From contig JBEWZL010000076.1 in assembly GCA_045837725.1 (NCBI GenBank), positions 434,001 through 498,000 of the forward strand: DNA of 64,000 nucleotides, given 5' to 3'. Position numbers and translations under genes: made by a program. This document shows positions 35,888-48,552 of this stretch, in pieces. Every line of letters starts with the position of its first letter. The first letter of the stretch is position 1. The notes below the pieces were generated by a model. The model was not told the DNA's origin. It did no database searches and saw only the letters and a program-made list of their open reading frames with translations. The stretch comes from Vermamoeba vermiformis (lineage: Eukaryota).

Positions 35888-37174
35888 TTACACGGATGAC
35901 AAGTCACTGCAACAAACAACGGATTAGCAAGTAGATGTAAGAGAGCAAGTTATGCACATCGTACCTTGAGTGCAGTGCGCTGCCAAATGTTCTGCGCTTC
36001 AGCAAGAGGGGTGTTTCAGGACGCACGAGTCGCGCGTCAGGTGTGAGCAGTGTGGGCAGACGAGGTTTACCTAGTTGAGGCATATAGGGCGATGGATTGC
36101 TGTTCGCTGCTGGGAATGGCAATCGAGCTCTGTGCTGCAAGCCAGTGATGCTGGGTCTCTGCGCCAACAATGAATTCGGCGATGCACTGCCCAATGCACT
36201 GTTCGGGGGACTGGCAGCGGACAGTCTCTTGCGCCGCAACAGCGAGAACTCTGTGTCAGTGGTGAGTGCCGAGCTGCAGTGCGACGTGTTACTTGCTGTC
36301 TAGCGCATCGGATTGCGCGCCTGGCACTGACGGTAGTGTGAGAGGAGCGCGCGGTGGCTCAGCACGCTGCACATTGTTCAATGGCGCTCTGTTGCTCAGT
36401 TGCGGTGAGGACACGCGTGCCTTGGTGTTCAGTGGCGATGTTGCGCGCTTAGCTGCGTCACCGGCTTGTTTGAGTGTCGTGTACAACTCTTCGAGCTTGC
36501 GTTTTTGTCTTACGGACCTCATGTTAGGCGAGTTAATAGCTTATTATTGCCTTACCGTGCTTTAGACGTGTATTTTTCAGTGAGATCTGCTATCTCGCGC
36601 TGATTTTTGTCACGTTCTTGACGCAGAGCTTCGAGTTGATCGTTGAGCAGTCGTTGTTGCGACTGCAACGATTGAATTTTCTCTTCTGCAGCGCGCTCTG
36701 CTTGCTGATATTTGAAGCGCAGTTCTTTGGCCTCTTTCTGCACCAGACTCACTTCTAACTCTTTTTGGAAATTCCAAAATTCAATGGCGCGAGAACTGGC
36801 CTCCAGCACTTTCAATTGTCAGCTCGTACTTCGTACAGTGTAATTATATATTGATAGCTTACCAAAGCGTGGCTCCATGCCGCATAAAGCAATCATCTTG
36901 TCCGTACTCGGCGCTAGTTCAACACCAGACACTCCGTTGCTGGAGCGGTAAACATCAATAATCAAACATCCGTATTAAGACTCGTACCTGCTAAGCACTT
37001 GATCGCATATTGGGCATTGTACAGAGTTGCTGAATTTTACTTGCGCGCATTCTTGACCTTGAAGTTCAAAATTAGGATTTCTTTAATTTGGACCTGCTTA
37101 CAAAAAATATGAGAGCATTGCGTTATATAGGCTAATCGCGCTCCCACGGCCGACCAGCATACGTTGCACTTCAT
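35888..37174 (-). CDS. HEI10: HEI10/CCNB1IP1 meiotic RING E3 ligase, multi-exon
   Basis: MKCNVCW...AYITQCSHIFC.ECA......CPICDQVLS, ELAPS...ALCGMEP, SSRAIEFWNFQ, coiled coil KYTSKAR|QKRKLEELY, S/P-rich tail. Confidence 0.88.
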
Positions 37175-37332
37175 TGATTGTAGCAACAAACAACAAAAAA
37201 ATTCTTTGTCGTGTACTGGAAACTGAATGCGTCACGTGACTGGAAATTTCGCAAGGAAAACTCGTAGAGCCAGCAAGGTCAACAAGACAAGAACACATAT
37301 TCCAATTGGCAATAACTACGTTCATCAGACAC

Positions 37333-38328
37333 TTAAGTGCAGTCGCCCAGCACCTTGAAGCGCTCCTTGATCTGCACGAGTGTCCTATCATGCAGTGCAT
37401 TGTACCACTCGTCAGTCGTGTCCTCGCTGCACTCTGACTCGTCGCACAGTTCATCGTCGCGTATCAGTCGCCAGCTCGGGGTGTGAATCACAGTGCGCGG
37501 CGTGTCTTCAGTCACCATCAGATCTGTCAGCTTCTGCTCCTGCGCGTTAGACTCGTGTACGTGAGAGGTCAGCGGTACTCACTTCAAATGCTTGCGTGAA
37601 CTCCCAGAGTGCCTTGCCGAGTGTGTGGACAAAGTGCGCGTGGTGCTGTTTGAGGAGCGCGAGATTGAGCCACGCTGAGCGCTTCTTGTTCCACGCACTG
37701 AACTGCAGCGGCGTGCTCGTGGCGCAGAGGAAGGCGTAGAGGGCTTGAAAGTCATTCGCGCTCACTGCAGACTCGTGTACGTGCAGCGAGTAGTGGGACA
37801 GTTGCGTCTTGTGGTGCGTCTTCATCAGCTGGATCTTGTCTTGCAGTTTGAGGCGCGAGGTGTGGTACATCTGACTCTCAGAGCTCTGTCCTCGCGACAT
37901 GTACTGAGCTTTGCTGACCACTTGTTTTTTATCGACAATATTCGCTAGTAAATCCTCTTCTGCCTCGCTGCATGTCACAAGCTCCTTTACATCTGCATCT
38001 CGATTAGGCGGCGGTAGCGTTAATTTAAATTTAATATTACCAGATGTATTCAGTCCTTTATATAACCGAGCAGGTGTTAATCTCCAAAAGCTGACATATT
38101 TTGTAGTAGATTTTTCATAAAATATTTTTATGCGCCCAAGGGTAGCTGATTGCGAGTCATCTTTGGCTTTAAATAGCACGCAGTCCCCTATTAATTTTAT
38201 TGGTAATTATTCATTAAAAGCTTTCGCTGGTATTACGCACCAATACGCAGGAGCGTGGTGTTGTTCAATTGAACCGATGCGTAATAAGCTTGATCGTTCA
38301 CTGTCTCCAAACAAGGACCGTGCCACAT
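37333..38328 (-). CDS. Protein with N-terminal BAH-like and C-terminal PEHE-like domains, 3 exons
   Basis: Spliced YYASVQL..LRIGDCVLF...LGRIKIFYE...VSFW...KELVTC.....NIVDKKQVVS (BAH-like); IHTPSWR...EDTTDEWYNALH......KER (PEHE-like). Confidence 0.65.
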
Positions 38329-38555
38329 GGTTGAATGCTCTTACTTTGTGTGCGCGACTACTTCCGATCCATTTCCTTCACAGGGAGTTTTCGATTGATC
38401 ACGTGTCGGACCAAAAATAGCAATTTGTTCAGGGAAAAAATAACAACAAGCCTTGTGTGGGACTACTCAACCACACAAATTTTGCTTGTTAATGGAAACA
38501 CCAACGAACGCGAATTAATCGAATTAAAAGAAAATGAACAGAAATTCAGCGAAAA

Positions 38556-39509
38556 ATGAACGCCGAGCAGATTCAGGACGAGTTCGAGACGTTAAATAAA
38601 TTGCATCGTCATCACTCCTTCGATACATCAACTGCTTTCAAATACATGACTAGAAACAGGTAATGACTCAGGTGACATGTCTATTAGCCCCACTAACCGT
38701 TCTGGTCTAGATACAAAGATGTGCTTGCAGTAGAACACAGTCGCGTCAAGTTGAACAAGACCAAAAGAGATTATATCAATGCTAATTGGGTCCCAATGAT
38801 GACCTGCACGACCAACAATGCCGTGCCACTCAGTTGCGACGAGAGTGCGTACTTTATCAACACGCAAGCCCCAACACCCCACAGCACCAAGCACTTCTGG
38901 TCCATGGTCTGGGAGCAGCGCATTGCACTGGTCGTGATGCTCACGCAAGAGACTGAAGATGGACGCAAGAAAGCCGATCGGTACTGGCCCGCGCACACTG
39001 GTCTCGAAGAACACTACGGGGACTACACAGTGCACCTCACGCACCAGTACTCTGCGCTCAATGCCGCGTGTGTCATCAGAGTGCTCACACTGCGCAGTGT
39101 TCAGCACACCGAGTCGCGCACCATCTATCACATCCAGTACGTGGCGTGGCCAGATCGCGGAGTGCCGAGTGATGTGCTGTCGTTCATGCGACTGCTCGAT
39201 ATGACGCGCGTGTTGCACCACAAGCTGCGCGGTCCTCTGTGCGTGATGTGCAGTGCGGGCATTGGTCGCACCGGTACCTTCACTGCGCTGTACAGTCTCA
39301 TGCTGCATCTGCTCACTGCACGACACTGCTGCAGCATTGCCAAGCTCGTGCATCACTTGCGACTGTATCGACCAGGCTCTGTGCAGACACTCGCGCAGTA
39401 TCAGTTCATCTATCAAGCTGCGCATTGGTTGCAGCAGATCTACTCGCCAGTACGCGCCACGGATAAGCCTGCAGAGCACATCGCTGAACACGCCACGCTA
39501 GTGCGCTAA
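38556..39509 (+). CDS. Classical protein tyrosine phosphatase
   Basis: RNRYKDV, DYINANWV, FWSMVWEQ, WPDRGVP, VMCSAGIGRTG, VQTLAQY. Confidence 0.92.
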
Positions 39510-39697
39510 CATTGTAATAATAGAGACATCACCAATTTTGTCAGTTGTGGTGATAGTATTGTAAATACTTGTACAATTAAATCAAATTCTTTGCGGCAGA
39601 TCTGTGTTCGTTTGCAAATTTTTGTTTATTTATAAAGCTTGAGAATACATGTCCATTCTGGATAAATAACACCCTCGTTAGGCACTACCATTCACGC

Positions 39698-41395
39698 TTA
39701 GACATTGAGCAACAATCGTTGCGGATCTTCGATCAAGAACTTGATGCGACGCAAGAACGACACAGCCTCGAGACCATCGACCAAGCGGTGATCGTAGGTG
39801 AGTGCGAGGTACATGATGGGTCGAATGGCAATCTGATCGTGTCCGTCCTTGTCCGTGATGACCACAGGGCGCTTGTTGATGGCGTGCATGCCCAGGATGG
39901 CACTCTGCGGCGGATTGATGATCGGTGTGCCGAACAGCGAGCCATAGACACCGCCGTTGGAGATGGTGAAGGTACCGCCAGTGGTGTCCTCGACCTTGAT
40001 CTTGAACTCACGTGCCTTGACAGCGAGTTCTCCGAGTGTCTTTTCAATCTGCGCGAAGGAGAGCAGATGTGCATTGCGAATCACGGGCACCACCAGCCCA
40101 TTGGGTGTCGCGACTGCCACTGATATGTCCACGTAGTCGCGGTACACGATGTGATCACCGTCGATCACTGCATTCACCACGGGCCACTCGGTCAATGCAA
40201 TCGCTGCAGCCTTGACGAATGCACTCATGAAGCCGAGCTTGACGCCGTGTCGCTTGGCAAAGTCGTCCTTGTACTTGTCGCGCAGGGCCATGATCGCACC
40301 CATGTCGCACTCTTGGAATGTGGTCAGCATCGCGTAGGTGTTCTGCGAGGCCTTCAAGCGCTGTGCAATGCGTTCACGAATCATGCGCATCTTCTCGCGT
40401 CGTTCGCTGCGCGTGACACCCATCGCGGGGGCGGATGTGGCGGGCTTGGACTCTTCTTTCTTGGGCTTGGCGACCTCTTTGGGGGCCTCTTTGGGGCTCT
40501 CTTTGGGCACCTCCTTGCTCTCTTTGGGTGCAGCTGCTGCGGGCTTGGGCGCGCTCTTGGTGACGGCGCCGAGCTTGAGCTTGTACAAGTTCTGTCCCAC
40601 ACGCACCGTGTCGCCGACATTGAGGCCGAACAGATCGAGCAGCACGCCACTCTCTTTGGCGGGCAAGTCAATTGAGGTCTTGTCGGTCTCCAGCGTCAGC
40701 ACCACGTCGTCAACTGCGATCTGATCGCCCACATTCTTGCGCCACTCCAAGATGCGACCTTCCACCACACTGTCGGCGAGAGGAGGCACGACTACAATCT
40801 TTTCACCTATAATGCGAGTCAGTAGCTGCGTTGTGTCGGCTGTACGCTGTATATTTGCACTGCAGATCGAGAATGAATTCATTGCTGAAAATGGCTTCAT
40901 TGTGCTCAATTAATATAGGCATAATATTGTTGATAATTATGGTGGTCAGTTATAGCAGTAAGACAGCATATACGCCGAGCTAACTCCGAAAATTATCCGC
41001 GCGAGAAAATTAATAAAAAAAAAATAAACAATTATTGTAGTCGTGTACTATTAGTCATATACCTTCAGTGCTGTACAATCTGACTTGGGATTTGTTTAAC
41101 AGAGGAAATGCACTGAGTTGGTGGTGAGTGTTCAGGGAGACAGATGTGCCCCAAGTCGTACGCGCGAGTTGCCGTGAACGACGCAGTGCGAAGAGTGATT
41201 GCGCGGCTGTGTCGTGTGGCACATTGACACTGACTGGCGCCACACTGCCGTGCGACTTGCTCTTGCTCAGCGTCTGCGAGGTGATGACCTGACAGATGTG
41301 ACTTCAATACGTGCACGCGCGACTACTACGACACGTACCTGTATGGGACGCGTGCTGATCCAACCAGCAATAGCACTGACTTGCTTGGACAACAT
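39698..41395 (-). CDS. DLST: Dihydrolipoamide succinyltransferase (E2 of 2-oxoglutarate dehydrogenase)
   Basis: Lipoyl motif [35 protein letters not shown]; mitochondrial presequence exons upstream. Confidence 0.94.
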
Positions 41396-41647
41396 GTTGT
41401 GGATGTGTTCCTGTCAGGAGTTAATAAACGAACTGATGATTGTAAATTCACTCCAAGTCGAGCAGAACACAACTGACTGCAAACACTAGGGCCTAGTTGT
41501 ATATATATATAGAGTGTTCATCAGCTGCATATTTAGAGTATTTAATTACTGCAATCATTTCAAGGTATCGCAAAAGAGATCGCGATCAGAATTAATAATC
41601 TAAAATTCAAGGGATTTATAATTAACACGCACACTATATATATCAGC

Positions 41648-42527
41648 ATGCAGACAGTAGATCGCACTCGCTTTCACGCCGAACAGACCACGATCGCACC
41701 CAAACTGAAGGCAGTGCGCGTCACCGACAAACGGCGTGATGACCGCGCAGCGAATCAATTTCGACCGATATGTAAGTGCCTAGTCGTGGTTATTATGCTA
41801 GTACTCGTATTGATCGCCATGCTAGTCACACGCACAGGGGTGGTCAGTCACGCAGCTGGATCTGCTTATTTAGAAGTGAACCACACCAAGCTCATCTGTT
41901 CCATGTACGCACCAATAGATAACAATACAAGACTAGCATTATTAATATTATATATGCAGCTATGGTCCTCGGCCAGCCACAGGACTCGACTACGCAGATC
42001 GAGGTCTGTTGCACTGCGAAGTCAAGTACGCGAGCTGGGCCAGTGCGCAGCGCGGTCAAGCACGTCAATACGAGAAAGAGGAGCGCGCACTGGCCTCTAC
42101 ACTCGAGAAGTGCTTTCACATGGCCATTGATCTGGATCGCTATCCCAAGTCCATCATCGACATCAATCTCTTGGTGCTTGAAGATGACGGTGCAGTACTC
42201 GCGCATGCCATCAATGCGACCAGCTTGGCGCTAGTTGATGCCACCATTCACTTGTTCGATCTGGTCACTGCCTCGTCTGTAGGCTATTTACACAACAAAT
42301 TGCTGTTGGATCCAGACCACGAAGAAGAGAGTCAACTGAGCGGCAGTCTGACACTCGCCTACATGACTGCAGTACAACGTGTTGCGCAAGTCGAGCAGAG
42401 TGGAGAGCTTCAGATTGATGTAGTTGTTCAAGGAACCAAGTTATGCATTGATGGCGCTATTCAAGCCCACGCATTGTTTTCAAAACACTTAAAAGAGCAC
42501 ATCAAAAATAAACGGCCAGCAAGCTAA
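41648..42527 (+). CDS. EXOSC6: Exosome RNase PH-like subunit, most like Mtr3
   Basis: RRDDR....FRP, GSAYLE, KLICS.YGP, YPKSIIDINLLVLEDDG, INATSLAL. Confidence 0.75.
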
Positions 42528-42649
42528 TTGTAGAGTTTTTGGCTTTTAATCAGTCTTGTTGTTGAGAAGGATTTAGTTACAGACAGATCTTGGGTATTTT
42601 TGATAATCCTATCATAAACTACGCAGTAATAACATTAATTTTCAACCAA

Positions 42650-44590
42650 TGGCACTGCTTTAGAACTAAAACGATAGCCCAATTTACACCAAGTCTTGTC
42701 TTTTTTTGGTCACATCCTTCCAACAAGTTAGGGGTTTTTTGCTGATTAGAGATGGATTTGTACATTGTTGAAACCTTTCAAAGGGCTCTGGCTTGAATAG
42801 ATTATCATATTTGCCCCCTGAGAGCTGGCCCTGCGTAGTAGAATTCAGAGAAAAGAGAGTTCTACACAGATCAATGCCTGCTTTTGAGGTCAACCTGTCC
42901 TAAGATGTAGTGGTCCATGGCATTCGTTTGGGGTAGGTGACAGCAGAATCGCCTTGGAGGTCGACCTGTCCTATTAAGACATGGTGTCCGTCCAGGGACG
43001 AGGAGTCTGCTGACGTTAGTAATTGATGAAATTTAATTCTGCTGCTGCAGTAGGCAGAGCATATACAGAATACTAGTAGGTACGAGCTTTGCATCTGTAT
43101 CAGCTTCTGGCCACTGGAGATTGAGAAAGAATTGTAATCACCATACATTGGAAAGTTGGATATTTCAGCGTAATGGTAGCATCTGTAGAGCAAATAACAT
43201 CTTCGCAACCAGGATATGTATGCTGCCAAAAGAACAGTTAACATCCTACCCAAAAATCGTCTCCCATTTAAGCCTGGTAAATATGCACTTCTGCAACTAT
43301 ACCAGAAATGGAATATTGTGAATGAGAGTATCTCATAATAAAGTGCAAATGTAGACTCTTTCTATTGAACTCTGACATGTCCACTACATTGTAAACGATT
43401 TCATATGTCATGCCAAGCTGCAGTTATCAAAATCTTTGTTACTCGAGACTTTTGGAAGGAGATTTGAAATACTAAGGAACTTTCCTCAACTCAATTCCTA
43501 GAGGTTGGCTAGCAAGGAAACCAACTCATTAAAATATTTGCATCCACTACAATTTGGTGCTATTGGCTTTTTATTCCATGAGAACCTAGTGACGGCAGAC
43601 GCTGTCCAGTCCGGACACCCTGTCCAAATTGGACACCCTGCTCAACTTGTGCAGGACAACCTCCCTAGGCAAAGAATCCCTGTCACAAGGTTCATGGAGG
43701 CCAGACCAAACGGACAGATAGACGAGAAATTTTTTAGTGCTGGACATTTGTCCATCCAGGGTTGCTGCATCCGCTGATGTTAGTAATTGACCAACTTCTA
43801 CCAAACTCTGCCATTAGCATCAGTGGACCCAAGAAGCACTACTATTGGCATCAGGAGGCTTTGGGCTAAACGCCAGAGGCTGAAAATGGCAATGTTCTGC
43901 AAAGAACTTAAGTACTAGAATTTTGTTCTATTGGCTGCAATATCATTTAAAGTTTGGAATTACCTAGACCTATCACTGTATAACAAGAAAATATAAGTAA
44001 TCATCAAAGATATTGTAGTGACAGCAATTTGTAAATTTTCAGCATTAAGTATGAACCCACCCACCAGCACATATTTGGTACAACACAACTATACGTATTT
44101 TATGCAACACTGAACTTTGGCTACAATACATTGTCACCTAGCTATGCAAAAATTTTTGAATCATCCATACTTTTTTATGTTGTAACTTTGTCCAGCTGGT
44201 GGCAGACCTTGTTATAATGAAGGGATATGCTTAATCATATGGTGGCAAACCTTTTTATAATGAAGGGATTAGGTTAATCTTACATTGCATAAAGATACCT
44301 TGTGAAAATCTTCATACTGTATGATATATGGTTGGTGGACGTGCCGTCATGGTGGATGTCCAAGGAGGTGTTGGGGTCTGCCAGGCCAAAAAGCAGCTGC
44401 TGGCATTCACAACGGAATAAGATTGGCAGTGTGGGCAGTCATCCACCTACATGGCCTAGCAAACCTCCATTTCCTAACAGCCTCCACCAGAGTACTGCCC
44501 AGTGTCCATAGAGCAAAACGTATTTTCGAGAGACAATGATTCATTAACTATTCTTTGTTGCTTTAAGGTGACCCCGACTTTAACCTGCCA
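42650..44590. other. Gene-free, CpG-depleted island with short internal repeats (probable transposon or foreign DNA relic)
   Basis: About 28 CpG in 42661-44580 by hand count; no recognisable protein; diverged duplicate at 42886/42957, GGACA/TGTCC cluster at 43604-43760, 43-bp tandem at 44197-44279. Confidence 0.6.
44197..44279. repeat. Two-copy 43-bp tandem duplication
   Basis: tggtggcagaccttgttataatgaagggat... followed by tggtggcaaacctttttataatgaagggat... Confidence 0.85.
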
Positions 44591-44748
44591 AAATAAGTAG
44601 TAAGTGCACGAGGCAATAAACCATGAATTTACTTACTTATCGTTTGTCATTTTAAATGATTAAGTGATAAATCGTTGCTTAGCCTGTTGTTTTGATCATT
44701 CATGAGCCAGTTCAGTCACTCTCACCGAAGCATTGAACACCACGCGTC

Positions 44749-46086
44749 ATGGAGAACAGCGCTAATAATACACTCGCACAACTGCCTGACACCCCTCGTG
44801 ATCGCTATTTACTCGCCACCAAGAAGTTTGTCACGCAACAGCTCGTCGAACAGTATCCGTGTCAGATCAGCAATGCAAACAAAGCTCTGTTGTATTCGAT
44901 TGCCTGCCCTGAGGGTAAATAATTACTGCTCCGTTGTATATCATCTACTGCCCCAATACTCATTGTATTCATGTTAAGGCACGCAGCACGGCGGCGAATT
45001 AATTTTCTCGCGCTGGCGCAGCATGGATGTGCCCGAGAAGTGCTTCACCACGCACAATACAGCGCACTATAGTCATCAAGATGCCTATCCGTACCATCCG
45101 AATGAAGATCCACTCAAAGACGTGAGTATTGAGGCAGGTGTGTGTGCCGTACTCACGTGTCAGCAGGAGTGGTGGGTCAACTTTGCAGATCCGCATCTGT
45201 TCGTAGCATATGGCTCGAGTCTATTCGCGCAGGATGAGATACAAGTCGCAGAGCATCCGAGCTTGGGACACTTGCGCGAGGCCCTCTATGCGTGTAAGTA
45301 CTCAGCCTCGCTAGTCACTGGCTCTAACACGCAGCAGTGTCGCACCGAGTGAGTGAGCGCTACACACCCAAGACGCGCGAGCACAACAAAGCCACGCCCA
45401 TCTTGATCCGCGGTGCTGAACGACGCGTGGCCGTGGATGTGACTGCAGCGGAGGGCAGACCGCGCGGCCTGTACGGCAACGAGTTCGGTCGTGCCTCCAG
45501 CGATGCAGTGCGTGCAGCGAGCAGGGTCCTCGCGCCGTGCAGTGTGTCGCATCTGATCTGCATCGCGGCACTCAACGGCGGATTCGGTCGCTACACCCTC
45601 GCGCAGATCACCGACCTGTTCACCACCGCGTACACAGGGTGAGTGTTTGCAGCGGTCAGTGCGTAGCTCACAGCTGTTTGACAGATTCAGCGCGGCCAGG
45701 TTGGAGAGTGCCACCTGCCAGCCCGGGGCACGTGTCGTGGTGCACACCGGCAATTGGGGCACCGGGGCCTATGGGGGCCACAAAGGTATGGTGGTGTATA
45801 GGAGTGGTGTATTGCACGAGTGGTGACTAATGCTAGTCCTATTCTAGTGCTGATGGCGCTCATTCAGTTGTTCGCGGCAGATCTGGCGCAGATCGACGAG
45901 CTGCACTACCACACCTTCAACAGCGAGGGCACGCGCGCCTACAAAGAAGCACGCGCAGTGTATCAGCAGCTGGTGGAGCGGTACCGCACTGCTACTGAGA
46001 CCACATCCGCGCAGCTCAGTGTCGCGTCCTTGTGCGAGCTGTTGTATCAGCGCAAGTATCAGTGGGGCATGTCCGACGGCAATTAA
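44749..46086 (+). CDS. PARG-like (poly-ADP-ribose glycohydrolase) macrodomain protein, multi-exon
   Basis: WWVNFADPHLFVAYGSSLFAQDEIQVAEHP, TAYTGF, VVHTGNWGTGAYGG, matching the PARG NFA..QEE and GNWGCGAFGG motifs. Confidence 0.75.
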
Positions 46087-46200
46087 CAGCCCCTATTACT
46101 ATGCTTGTACATATCTATAGCTATCTTCTGTCAGACGTAAATAGCTTCAGAGCTGTAAATTGAGTCATTCTCGTTCTGAATCTGGCCGCAAACACCACAC

Positions 46201-48552
46201 ATGAGCTCGAAACAGACCCCGCCTGCTGGTGGCAAGCGCACCAAGACCACTGAAAAGCGCTTGAAAATGTACGCCACGCGTGCCAAGCGCGACAAGCGCG
46301 GCAAAGTGGTGTGGGAGGCCTACAAATCCAAATCCACCGATCACATCGCGCGCATTCAGCCCGACAGACGCTGGTTTGGTCCCTCGAGAACTGCGACACC
46401 TGAGGCTATTGATAAGTTCCGCGAACAAGTCAAAAATGTCGTCGATCCCTACCACGAGTCCAAGGGTGCAGATCCATCCGACACCAATCCTGCGCCACTC
46501 ACGCCAGGCAGTACTGTAGCTCGTCATACTTATCTGCTCAAACAGGCCAAGATTCCCTATTCTCTGCTGCACACTAGAGACCACTTCCCAAATGCGATCA
46601 ACAATCGGATCTTAGATGTGGAGAGCTACGCCTCGACATTTGGACCTAAAAATACGCGCAAGAGACCTAAGATAGCCGCGAGTGATTATAGCGAGCTGTT
46701 GAAACGAGTGGAGACCACGCAAGGTAAGTCGAATCTCAATTATTTCTTCGGTCTAAGGGTGACACAATGTGCTTGATTATGCGTGCAATTAATTATAATA
46801 TTATTTATGTTAATTATTGCTGGCACTAGCAGCGCTGTTTGCACTCAGATCGCACCATCAGATCGCGATCAACTAACGAACTTATTTTTTAATTCAGAAA
46901 CTTACAAAGAAGACGCAGATCGCAACATCAAAGTCGAACAAGAATACAAAGAACAACAAGGTGATGCGGTGCTCACGGCAGGTCAATCCAACCGCATCCA
47001 CAACGAACTGCACAAAGTGATCGACGCGTCAGATGTGCTCATTCAAGTGCTCGATGCGCGCGATCCTGAAGGCACGCGCTCACGGTGGCTAGAGAAGTAC
47101 CTGCGCAAAGAACATCCGCACAAACATCTGGTGCTGCTGCTGAACAAGTGCGATCTGGTGCCGCAGAAGGTGACCAAGCAGTGGCTGAGTCTATTCTCGC
47201 GCGAATATCCCTGTCTCGCCTTCCACGCCTCGCTGCAGCGTCCCTTCGGCAAGGGCGCGCTGATTCAGATCCTGCGCCAGTTCCAACAGCTGCACGCCAA
47301 GGACAAGCAGCAGATCTCAGTCGGCTTCGTGGGCTATCCGAATGTGGGCAAGTCGAGTGTGATCAACACGCTGCGCCACAAGAAGGTGTGCAATGTCGCG
47401 CCCCTGCCCGGCGAGACCAAAGTGTGGCAGTACATCACGCTGTTCAAGCGCGTGTTTCTCATCGACTGCCCGGGTGTGGTCACGGCCGTCGATGTCGCCA
47501 AGCACAATCACGTGCTCGAAGATCAGTACCAGCAGCAGCAGCAGGAGCAGAGTGCAGACCCAGCACGTGATCAGCCCGGCAGCAATGTGGTCTCGGAGAA
47601 AGAGGCCGCGCTGGTGCTCAAGGGCGTGGTGCGCATTGAGAACTTGACCGATCCCGTCTCGTACATTGGTCCGCTCTTGACACGTGTCAATCTCGAGTAC
47701 ATGCAGCGTGTCTATCAGTGCGAGGTCAGCACCAATCACGTGACGTTCTTGGAGACGCTGGCCAAGAAGATGGGCAAGCTCTTGAAGGGCGGGCACCCTG
47801 ACATCACACGTGTCGCGCGCATCGTGCTCAATGATTGGCTGCGCGGAAAAATTCCGTTCTACACCAAACCTACGGGCACACGTGACAGCACCGCGCGTAG
47901 CAGTGATGCGGAACAACTCCGCGCACCGAGTCAGCTGATCGAGAACATCCCCGTGAAGGAGGACTTCAAAGAGCTGTTTCATGAAGAGTTTGAAGACGAG
48001 GCCCTGGTGGATGGCGCGCAGCAGGCTACACGTGACGAAGATGTCGCGAGCGAGGAGGAGGCAGAGCACGATGAAGACGAAGATGATGAGGACGAGGCCC
48101 CGATTGACTGGGACGCGGTGTACGCTTCAGTGAATCCCGAGCAAGATTTCAACACGATCCACCAGCACGAGCACAAAGACGCTAAAAATAGCAGCGTCGG
48201 ACTGCCCAAGACTGCTGACTTGCCTAAATTGGAACTGCAATCACCGCTCATGGACGACGACGGACCAGCACGTGGCCGAGCACGTGGTCAGGGAACAGTT
48301 CCCAAAGTCCAAAAAGAGAAAAAACAGCGCGGCAAAATTAAAAAGAAATCGCAAGTGAAATCTGAAGACGAGATGAAGGACCTGCTCCGCACACTGGAGA
48401 CCATAGAAGGCAAGTCTAATAATAGCAGCAAACAGTACAAAAATAGAAACAACCAAAATAAGAAGAAGCGTGCGCGCTCCGAGCAGACGGAAGATTTTGA
48501 AATTGTTCCGCAGGACTCACGCGCCAAGCGACGCAAGTTGACACCGCAATAG
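46201..48552 (+). CDS. GNL2: Nucleolar GTPase Nog2/GNL2
   Basis: ARIQPDRRWFG, GQSNRI..EL.KVIDASD, NKCD, GYPNVGKSS, GETKVWQYITL, DCPG. Confidence 0.95.

Noticed and set aside
40460-40530. KE.PKE repeats in DLST
   Set aside because: Ordinary low-complexity linker between the lipoyl and catalytic domains
42684-43253. Two adjacent minus-strand ORFs as a functional gene or transposase
   Set aside because: Interrupted by a stop, host codon style is absent, and no DDE or RT motif is recognisable
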